Part shown: piece after piece, positions 56,482-64,000 of the stretch
How the letters are laid out: the number at the start of each line of letters is the position of its first letter
Numbering within the stretch: the stretch's first letter is position 1
The notes under the pieces: model-generated
Databases searched by the model: none
Told to the model about the DNA's origin: nothing
The model's input: only the letters and a program-made list of their open reading frames with translations
NCBI GenBank assembly: GCA_042216675.1
Contig: JBDGTS010000007.1
Span: 32,001-96,000, forward strand
Direction: 5' to 3'
DNA: 64,000 bases
From: Halobacteriaceae archaeon
GTDB taxonomy: Archaea > Halobacteriota > Halobacteria > Halobacteriales > Halobacteriaceae
Made by a program: the position numbers and the translations under genes

Positions 56482-58752
56482 ATGCCCATTCGGTGGCTCG
56501 CGGAGATCGGTGCCGAGGACGTGGACGTGGCCGGCGGCAAGGGCGCGTCCCTCGGGGAACTCGTCGCGGCCGGCTTGCCGGTCCCGTCGGGATTCGTCGT
56601 CACGGCGTCCACGTTCCGGACCTTCGTTGAGTCCGCAGGAATCGGCGACGAGCTGTACGAACTCCTCGACGTCGACGCCTCCGACCCGGAGGAACTCGAA
56701 GGCGTCGCGGAGGAGGCCCAGGCGCTCGTCACCGGTACGCCGGTCCCCGACGACGTGGCGGCTGAGATCCGCGCGGCGTACGACCGCCTCGGGACCGAGG
56801 CCGGCGTGGAGGCCCCCTTCGTGGCTGTCCGCTCGTCCGCGACGGCCGAGGACCTCCCCGATTCCAGTTTCGCGGGCCAGCAGGACACGTATCTCAACGT
56901 GACCGGCGAGGACCTCGTGGACCGCGTGCAGCGGTGCTGGGCGTCGCTGTTCACGAACCGCGCCATCTACTACCGCCAGACGCGCGGCTTCGACCACGAG
57001 GACGTGGACATCGCCGTCGTCGTCCAGCGGATGGTCGACGCCGAGAAGAGCGGCGTCATGTTCACGCGCGACCCCTCCACCGGGGAGGCCGAACTCACCG
57101 TCGAGGCCGCGTGGGGCCTCGGCGAGGGCGTCGTCTCCGGCACCGTCTCCCCCGACACGTACGTCCTCGACCCGGACGGGACGGTCAAGTCGGAGAACGT
57201 CGCCACGAAGCGGACGATGATCGTTCGGAGCGACGACGGCGAGACGGTCGAACGCGAGGTGTCCGCGGACCGCCGGGACGAGCGCGTCCTCGACGGGGAG
57301 GAACTCGACCGCCTCGTCTCCCTCGGCGAGACAGTCGAGGACCACTACGGCGGGCCACAGGACGTGGAGTGGGCCATCGCCGACGGCGAGGTGTTCCTGC
57401 TCCAGTCTCGCCCCATCACGACTATCGAGGAGGGAGCGGAGAGCGAGTCCGAGGCCGGGACGGGCGAGGAACTCGTCGACGGCCTCGGCGCCAGTCCCGG
57501 CACCGCGACGGGTCCGGCGCGCATCGTCACGCAACTCGACCAACTCGACAAGGTCGGTGAGGGCGACGTCATCGTCACCGAGATGACGACGCCCGACATG
57601 GTGCCCGCGATGCAGCGAGCGAGCGCGCTCGTCACCGACGAGGGCGGCCTGACGAGTCACGCCGCCATCGTCTCCCGTGAACTCGGCGTTCCGGCGGTGA
57701 CCGGCACCGAGGACGCGACGACGACGCTCGACGACGGGCAGGTCGTGGCCGTCGACGGCGACAGGGGGACCATCGAGTCGGCAACCGAGGCCGAGGAGCG
57801 CGAGCGGACCTCCGAACCGGCCGAACTCGCCGCGGACCAGTCCGCCCAATCCGAGTCGAGTCCGCCGATGACCGCGACGGAGGTCAAGGTCAACGTCTCG
57901 ATGCCCGCGGCCGCCGAGCGTGCGGCCGACACGGGCGCCGACGGCGTGGGTCTGCTCCGCCTCGAACACATGATTCTGGAGACGGGCAAGACCCCAGCCC
58001 GGTACGTCGAGGAGCAGGGCGAGGAGGCCTACGTCGACCAGTTGGTCGCCGGCATCCGAACCGTCGCCGACGCCTTCTATCCCCGCCCGGTGCGCGTGCG
58101 GACCCTCGACGCCCCCACCGACGAATTCCGGCATCTGGAGGGCGGCGAGACGGAGCCCACCGAACACAACCCGATGCTCGGCTTCCGGGGCATCCGTCGG
58201 AGCCTGCAGGAACCCGACCTGTTCAAGCACGAACTCCGCGCGTTCGAGCGCCTCTACGGGATGGGCTACGACAACCTCGAACTGATGTTCCCGCTCGTGA
58301 ACGACGCCGACGACGTGGAGCGAGCGACGGCGCTGATGGCGGAGGTGGGAATCGACCCCAATCGTCGCTCGTGGGGGGTGATGGTCGAGACGCCGGCGGC
58401 GGCGCTCGGCATCGAGGACCTCATCGACGCCGGCATCGACTTCGTGAGCATGGGGACCAACGACCTCACGCAGTACACGCTCGCCGTCGACCGCAACAAC
58501 GAGCGAGTGGCCGACCGGTACGACGCCGAGCATCCGGCGGTCAAACGCCTGCTGGCGGACGTGGTTGAGACGTGCCGCGAGAACGACGTGACGACGAGTA
58601 TCTGCGGGGAAGCGGCCTCCCAGCCCGGGATGGTGAAGTTCCTCGTCGAGGCGGGCGTCACGTCCATCAGCGCGAACATCGACGCGGTGAGCGACGTTCA
58701 GCAACTCGCCAAGCGCGTCGAACAGCGTCTGCTTCTCGATTCGGTCCGATAG
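56482..58752 (+). CDS. ppsA: Phosphoenolpyruvate synthase
   Basis: GGKGASLGEL, VRSSATAED, SFAGQQDT, GGLTSHAAIVSRE, NPMLGFRG, GTNDLTQ. Confidence 0.95.
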   Translation: MPIRWLAEIGAEDVDVAGGKGASLGELVAAGLPVPSGFVVTASTFRTFVESAGIGDELYELLDVDASDPEELEGVAEEAQALVTGTPVPDDVAAEIRAAYDRLGTEAGVEAPFVAVRSSATAEDLPDSSFAGQQDTYLNVTGEDLVDRVQRCWASLFTNRAIYYRQTRGFDHEDVDIAVVVQRMVDAEKSGVMFTRDPSTGEAELTVEAAWGLGEGVVSGTVSPDTYVLDPDGTVKSENVATKRTMIVRSDDGETVEREVSADRRDERVLDGEELDRLVSLGETVEDHYGGPQDVEWAIADGEVFLLQSRPITTIEEGAESESEAGTGEELVDGLGASPGTATGPARIVTQLDQLDKVGEGDVIVTEMTTPDMVPAMQRASALVTDEGGLTSHAAIVSRELGVPAVTGTEDATTTLDDGQVVAVDGDRGTIESATEAEERERTSEPAELAADQSAQSESSPPMTATEVKVNVSMPAAAERAADTGADGVGLLRLEHMILETGKTPARYVEEQGEEAYVDQLVAGIRTVADAFYPRPVRVRTLDAPTDEFRHLEGGETEPTEHNPMLGFRGIRRSLQEPDLFKHELRAFERLYGMGYDNLELMFPLVNDADDVERATALMAEVGIDPNRRSWGVMVETPAAALGIEDLIDAGIDFVSMGTNDLTQYTLAVDRNNERVADRYDAEHPAVKRLLADVVETCRENDVTTSICGEAASQPGMVKFLVEAGVTSISANIDAVSDVQQLAKRVEQRLLLDSVR

Positions 58753-58797
58753 CCCGAGCGATAAACGCTTATATGGGGTGAGTGGCCATCTCCGGTT

Positions 58798-59127
58798 ATG
58801 AGTTCAGACGGCTCCTCGATCGTCTGCCGTCGGTGCGGGGAAACGATTCCGCTCGAAGCGGGTAGCTGTCCCCACTGTGGGAAAGACATCCGCAATATCA
58901 CCGGTCCCGCCGTCGCCATCGTCCTCGGTCTCATCCTCGTCGGGTCGGCGATTCTCGGCGGGAGTCAACTGTACGTCTTCGGCGCGGTCGGTCTGGTCAT
59001 GGCTGCCTCCGGTGGGTACATCCTCTACGACCGTCGCCAGCGCATTCAGGAGGCCGCACAGCGCGGCGCCACGGCGACGACGAGCGAGGGTGAGGGCGAG
59101 GAAGAAGAAGAGGAGAGCATTTTCTGA
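58798..59127 (+). CDS. Zinc-ribbon membrane protein
   Basis: CRRC..CPHC, two TM helices and an acidic tail. Confidence 0.7.
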   Translation: MSSDGSSIVCRRCGETIPLEAGSCPHCGKDIRNITGPAVAIVLGLILVGSAILGGSQLYVFGAVGLVMAASGGYILYDRRQRIQEAAQRGATATTSEGEGEEEEEESIF

Positions 59128-59218
59128 GCGGTCACGGCCGTTCCGTGCGGTATTCTTCGGTTTTCGCCGATGAAGTGTCTCCGGAAGCGTTATTAACGAC
59201 CATGACTGTCACTTCCGT

Positions 59219-60205
59219 ATGGCAGAGACAGAGCTTACCGTTGACGAGGCCAACGAACTCATCGACTCAATTCTGGACGAGGTGAAGTCGGTCGTCATCG
59301 CCGACGACGACGTTCTCGAGAACATCATGCTCGCCATCCTCGCGGAGGGCCACGTGCTCCTCGAGGACGTTCCCGGGACCGGGAAGACGCTCGCCGCGAA
59401 CGTCTTTGCGACGGCGCTCAACGTCGAGTTCTCCCGCATCCAGTTCACGCCGGACCTCCTTCCCTCGGACGTGATGGGCACGAACATCTACAACGAGAAG
59501 GAAGGCGAGTTCGAGTTCCAGCCCGGCCCGATCTTCGGCAACGTCATCCTCGGCGACGAGATCAACCGCGCGCCGCCGAAGACGCAGGCCGCGATGCTCG
59601 AAACGATGGCCGAGGCGCAGGTCACCGTCGAGGGCAAGACCCGCGAACTCGAACCGCCGTTCTTCGTCATGGCGACGCAGAACCCCGTCGAGCAGGAGGG
59701 TACCTTCCCGCTCCCCGAAGCGCAGGTCGACCGCTTCCTCGTGAAGGACACCATCGGCCAGCCTGACGTCGAGGGCAAGGTCGAACTGCTCCGCCGCCGC
59801 TCCCAGCGCACCACCTCCATCCCGACGGCCGAACCGGTCGTCGACGACCCCGACAAGATCGTGGCCCTCCAGCAGGTCCCCGAGTCCGTCGAGGTCGACG
59901 AGGACCTGATGACGTACATGGCCGAACTCATCGGCCTCTCCCACGAGGACAACCGCGTCCGCGTCGGCGTCTCCCCGCGTGGTCTCCAGCGCCTCTTCGA
60001 GGCGTCCCGCGCCCGCGCCGTGATGAACGGTCGCGACTACGTCGTCCCGAGCGACATCCAGCGCATCTCCGAGCCGGTGCTCGCCCACCGCCTCGTCCTC
60101 ACTCCCGAGGCGCAGGTCAACGACGTGCAGAAGACCGAAGTCGTTCAGGACCTCCTCGACGAGGTGCCCGTTCCGACCATCGAAGGCGAAGCGACCGCCG
60201 ACTGA
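59219..60205 (+). CDS. MoxR-family AAA+ ATPase
   Basis: LLEDVPGTGKT, RIQFTPDLLPSD, DEINRAPPKTQ, ATQNPVEQEGTFPLPEAQ.DRF. Confidence 0.93.
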   Translation: MAETELTVDEANELIDSILDEVKSVVIADDDVLENIMLAILAEGHVLLEDVPGTGKTLAANVFATALNVEFSRIQFTPDLLPSDVMGTNIYNEKEGEFEFQPGPIFGNVILGDEINRAPPKTQAAMLETMAEAQVTVEGKTRELEPPFFVMATQNPVEQEGTFPLPEAQVDRFLVKDTIGQPDVEGKVELLRRRSQRTTSIPTAEPVVDDPDKIVALQQVPESVEVDEDLMTYMAELIGLSHEDNRVRVGVSPRGLQRLFEASRARAVMNGRDYVVPSDIQRISEPVLAHRLVLTPEAQVNDVQKTEVVQDLLDEVPVPTIEGEATAD

Positions 60206-60313
60206 GGCCGCTGTAGAGCCGCCGTTTCGGTCCCTTTTTGTCGTTTCTCTGTCTCGCGGTTTCCGCCCCTCAGTCGATGGTATTAAATATCATGTATCTT
60301 CTCAACCTAGTCA

Positions 60314-61267
60314 ATGAGTGTCGTTGATAGGAGCAAATTCCCCTCCATCGTTCTCATCGTGGTTGCGGTCCTCGCGCTGTCCGCCACGGCAGCCACGATA
60401 GACAACACGGTCGGGGGGCCATCTGGAAGCGGCTTCACAGTCGACCCGTCTCAGGGTGGCGGCGGTCAGGGCTCTGGACCCAGTTCCGGGCCCGCCAACC
60501 TAAGCGAAGGCCCCGCAGTCGATACCAAAGGGCAGCAGGTGACTTTCCAAATCTGCATCGAGTTCCTGACGACGCCAGTCGCCGTGTTGGGAATCTTCGG
60601 CGCGATGGGGCTGCTGTTCTACGGCATCCAGCGCCGGTGGAACGGCGCGACGGCCATGCTGGTGGGAACGGGCGTCGTGCCCGTGGTGCTCGGGTCGTAC
60701 TTCTTCCTGACGAACTGCCAGAGCGGCGGTGGCGGTGGCGGTGGTGGGGGTGGCGGCATCCCCACCCCGAGCCCGGGGACGGGCGTTCAGGCGCCCAACG
60801 TCCCGCCGACGGTGCTGGGCGTGGCGCTGGTCGCCGTCCTCGGTCTCGCCGCGGTGATGCTGTACGCCGTCACCGGTGAGGACGAGGAGTACGAACCCCT
60901 CGAAGACGAGGAGGCCGGTGAGGCCCCCGACAAGGCCGACTTCGCCGAGGCGGCGGGTCGCGCGGCCGACCGCATCGAGGAGGCGAACGTCGAAGTCGAC
61001 AACGCTGTCTACCGTGCCTGGTACGAGATGACCCAACTGCTGGACATTCCGGACCCCGAGACGAGTAGTCCGATGGACTTCGCGGACGCAGCCATCGAGT
61101 TCGGCCTCAACGAGGACGACGTGATGGAACTCACGGACCTGTTCAACGAGGTTCGGTACGGCCATCAGGACGCCGAGAGCCGCGAGGAGCGCGCACTCGA
61201 AATTCTCCGGCACATCGAGTCCGAATACGAAGGCGTCACGTCCGAGGAGACGGGAGGTGAGAACTGA
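60314..61267 (+). CDS. DUF4129-like membrane protein
   Basis: TM segments and Gly-rich linkers; C-terminal NAVYRAW.EM..P..F...LTDLFNEVRYG. Confidence 0.75.
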   Translation: MSVVDRSKFPSIVLIVVAVLALSATAATIDNTVGGPSGSGFTVDPSQGGGGQGSGPSSGPANLSEGPAVDTKGQQVTFQICIEFLTTPVAVLGIFGAMGLLFYGIQRRWNGATAMLVGTGVVPVVLGSYFFLTNCQSGGGGGGGGGGGIPTPSPGTGVQAPNVPPTVLGVALVAVLGLAAVMLYAVTGEDEEYEPLEDEEAGEAPDKADFAEAAGRAADRIEEANVEVDNAVYRAWYEMTQLLDIPDPETSSPMDFADAAIEFGLNEDDVMELTDLFNEVRYGHQDAESREERALEILRHIESEYEGVTSEETGGEN

Positions 61268-63225
61268 TGGACGTCGACGCGATTATTCACAAGACCGGAC
61301 TGGCAATCGGCGGCGCCGTGTTGGGACTGGGCTTCGTCGCCCTGTTCCTGACTGACTTCGGCACGTCGCTCCCTGTCAGCCTGTATATCGCCCAGTTCGC
61401 AGCCGTCGTCGGCATGGTCATCGCCGGGTTCACGGTTCGGAACCGCTACAACGCGTCGCTGCGGAACATCCTCATCCCCGAGGTCGAGTATCCGCTCGCG
61501 ACGCCCGCGCCCGGTGACGACCTCGACGACATGCTGTACCGGCTGACGGAGCTTCGCGAATCCACCATCGAGTACCGCGACCAGATTCGCGAGCAGGTCG
61601 GCGAGGTGGCCATCGCGGTCATCCGCCAGCGCGAGGAGTGCAGCCGCGAGGAGGCCATCGAGCGCCTCAAGAGCGGGTCGTGGACGGACAGCACCACGGC
61701 CGCGAACTTCTTCGTCGAGGGCGGCGTCGAGGAGTCCCAGTCGCTGTCGACCCAGATCCAGCGCCGCCTGTTCGGTACGAAGTCCGCCTTCGAGCGCCAA
61801 CTGGAGGAGACGGTGTCGGCGCTCGAAGAGCACGCGGCCTTCATCGAGGACCTGCCCGAGGTAGATGACGAGGACGCCGAACAGCGCGCACTGCGCTCGA
61901 ACGCGCTCGTCGACCCCGACGAGGGGAAGTGGATCACCGACACGGTTCGCTACCGCAGTCTGCTCCGAACGCACCTCTGGAGCGGCGTCACGGCGTTCGC
62001 GCTGCTCGCCGTCGCAGTCGGCGCGTTCTCCGCACAGCCCGCAGTGCTGCTGTCGAGCGTCGTCGCACTCGGCATCGCCGGCTACTCCCGTGTCACGTCC
62101 GCGCCGGACCTCGCGGCCCTCGACGTCGAGCGCACCCTCGAAGACAGTTCGCCCAAACCCGGCGACGAAGTCGAAGTGCAGGTGGAAGTGACGAACACGG
62201 GCAACACGTTCCTCACCGACCTGCGGCTGGCGGACCGCGTCCCGCCGACGATGCGCGTCGTCGAGGGGTCGCCCCGCCTCGGCACCGCGCTCCGGCCCGG
62301 CCAGAGCGCGCACTTCGAGTACACCGTCGTCGCCGACCGCGGACAGCACACGTGGCCCCTGCAGGTCGTGGGCCGCGACATCTCCGGGGCATCGGAGCGG
62401 GAGGCCTACATCGACGCCGACGCAGAGATGGAGTGTGCCCCGCGCCTGAAGACGGCCATCGAGACGCCCGTCCGGATGCAGACGTCGATGTACTCCGGAC
62501 AGGTCAGCACGGACATCGGCGGCGGCGGACTGGAGTTCCACTCGATTCGGGACTACCAGCCCGGCGACCCGATGCGCCGCATCAACTGGAAGCAGTTCGC
62601 TCGCACGGGCGAGTTCTCGACCATCGACATGCGCGAGGAGCGCGCGGCGAAGGTGGTGCTGATGTTCGACGCTCGCGAATCCGCCTACGTCTCGCCAGCG
62701 CCGGGCCAGCGCCACGCGCTCGACCGCTCGGTCGAGGCGTCCTACGACGTGTTCGCCTCGCTCATCGACGCCGGTCACCTCGTCGGCTTCGCGGCCTTCG
62801 ACACGGTGCCGATGTGGATGGGGCCGAACACGGGCGACCAGCACATGGAGCGCGCACGCCGGATGTTCGTCGACCACCCGGCCATCTCCCCGCTCCCGCC
62901 GGACGTGCTCGACAAGACCGGCGGCTACGTGGACCCGATGACTCACGTCCGCCGCCAGCTCCCCAAGAACACGCAGATATTCCTGTTCTCCCCGCTCACG
63001 GAGGACTTCGTGTACGAGGTCGCGCGGCGTCTCGACGGCGCGGGCCATCTCGTGACCATCATCAGTCCGGACCCGACGTCGAGTCGGACGCTGGGCCAGC
63101 GGCTCGCGCGCCTCGAACGCAAGTCCCGCGTCGTGCGGCTCCGGGAACACGGCATCCGCGTCATCGACTGGGGGCCGGACAACTCGCTCCAACTTGAACT
63201 CGAACACGCGACCCGGAGGTGGTAA
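61267..63225 (+). CDS. DUF58-domain protein with long N-terminal membrane extension
   Basis: GLEFHSIRDYQPGDPMRRINWK, REERA; MoxR operon context. Confidence 0.82.
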   Translation: MDVDAIIHKTGLAIGGAVLGLGFVALFLTDFGTSLPVSLYIAQFAAVVGMVIAGFTVRNRYNASLRNILIPEVEYPLATPAPGDDLDDMLYRLTELRESTIEYRDQIREQVGEVAIAVIRQREECSREEAIERLKSGSWTDSTTAANFFVEGGVEESQSLSTQIQRRLFGTKSAFERQLEETVSALEEHAAFIEDLPEVDDEDAEQRALRSNALVDPDEGKWITDTVRYRSLLRTHLWSGVTAFALLAVAVGAFSAQPAVLLSSVVALGIAGYSRVTSAPDLAALDVERTLEDSSPKPGDEVEVQVEVTNTGNTFLTDLRLADRVPPTMRVVEGSPRLGTALRPGQSAHFEYTVVADRGQHTWPLQVVGRDISGASEREAYIDADAEMECAPRLKTAIETPVRMQTSMYSGQVSTDIGGGGLEFHSIRDYQPGDPMRRINWKQFARTGEFSTIDMREERAAKVVLMFDARESAYVSPAPGQRHALDRSVEASYDVFASLIDAGHLVGFAAFDTVPMWMGPNTGDQHMERARRMFVDHPAISPLPPDVLDKTGGYVDPMTHVRRQLPKNTQIFLFSPLTEDFVYEVARRLDGAGHLVTIISPDPTSSRTLGQRLARLERKSRVVRLREHGIRVIDWGPDNSLQLELEHATRRW

Positions 63226-63228
63226 CTA

Positions 63229-63807
63229 ATGAGTCAATCTACAGAAATCGAGCCGAACGCAGTCGAAGCCGAAGCGGAGGAGGTGCCGACTCAAGAGAAG
63301 GAGACGGTCACGGTGGAACACAGTCCGCCGCGACTGAGCAGCGGCATCGCCCTCGGGTCGGTGTTCCTCGGGGTCCTGCTGACGGGACCGTTCAACCTCG
63401 TCGCGGCCATGTTCGGCGTCGCGAGTCTGGCGCTGGTCGCCGGGAGCCTGTTCCTGCGGCAGTCGCGGGGCTACCTCTCGGTGGGCGTCGGGTTCGCGCT
63501 GTTCGGCACGCTGGTGGCGGGTGGCTTCGGTGCGGTGCCGCCCATCTTCATGCTCGTCGCCGTGTCGTCCATCCTCGTCGGCTGGGCCGTCGGGCAAAAC
63601 GGGCTTTCCATCGGCGAACAGCTCGGAAGCAACACGAAGACGCGACGGCTCGAACTCACGTACGCCGGCGTGACGATGCTGACCGTCGCGGCCATCGACG
63701 TCGTCGCGATGGCGGTGTTCCAGCTGTCGGGCTCCGGACGCCCCGAACCCGCAGTCGCGCTGGTCATCGTCGGCGCCATCGTCCTGATGTGGACGCTGGG
63801 CGAGTAG
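63229..63807 (+). CDS. Membrane protein of the MoxR operon
   Basis: Multiple TM helices, 3 nt after the DUF58 gene. Confidence 0.72.
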   Translation: MSQSTEIEPNAVEAEAEEVPTQEKETVTVEHSPPRLSSGIALGSVFLGVLLTGPFNLVAAMFGVASLALVAGSLFLRQSRGYLSVGVGFALFGTLVAGGFGAVPPIFMLVAVSSILVGWAVGQNGLSIGEQLGSNTKTRRLELTYAGVTMLTVAAIDVVAMAVFQLSGSGRPEPAVALVIVGAIVLMWTLGE

Positions 63808-63869
63808 ACACGGCACACGTTCTCGAACCGTAATCATCTTACTGCTGATTCGTGAAGGCCCGGACGCAA

Positions 63870-64000
63870 ATGGTCCGAGAACTCGTCACCGACCCGCAGG
63901 CCTTCTTCAAGGGGAAGGCGCAGAACCGCAGCGTCGTGCTGGAGGTAGTTATCGTTCTCGCCGTCGGCGGCATCGGCATCATCGGCTCGTACTACTTCGC
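63870..64000 (+). CDS. Membrane protein (Yip1-like), partial
   Basis: MVRELVTDPQAFFKGK...VVIVLAVGGIGIIGSYYF; runs off the window edge. Confidence 0.5.
   Translation, partial: MVRELVTDPQAFFKGKAQNRSVVLEVVIVLAVGGIGIIGSYYF

Noticed and set aside
1-64000. CRISPR arrays, tRNA/rRNA genes, IS elements
   Set aside because: I recognised no spaced repeats, RNA-gene patterns or transposases by eye, and intergenic gaps are short. A covariance-model search was not possible.

Overview
High-GC haloarchaeal (Halobacteria-like) chromosomal window. The assignment rests on acidic proteins, leaderless genes with TATA-like boxes about 25-30 nt upstream, SAMP1, archaeal type II GAPDH and Tat lipoproteins. The first ~31 kb is a dense pectin (homogalacturonan and rhamnogalacturonan) utilization locus. 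It holds two GH2, a GH4 with the CHEV alpha-galacturonidase motif, GH106-like, GH78, GH42, GH28, a GH43-like propeller, PL2, tandem PL22, an orphan Tat-lipoprotein solute-binding protein, a Gfo/Idh/MocA + ThuA pair, two enolase-superfamily dehydratases and a DapA-like enzyme, with a leucyl-tRNA synthetase gene in the middle. Next come a degenerate SerB-like gene, thiI, hemH-hemY-hemE, SAMP1, copA with a YHS-domain permease, a squalene/phytoene synthase and a short class II RNR. After these are an iron-box-preceded frameshifted gene, arsR-acr3-arsC, fba-fbp-gapII, ppsA and a MoxR operon. I saw no RNA genes, CRISPR arrays or mobile elements. All family calls come from motif recognition by eye, not database searches.
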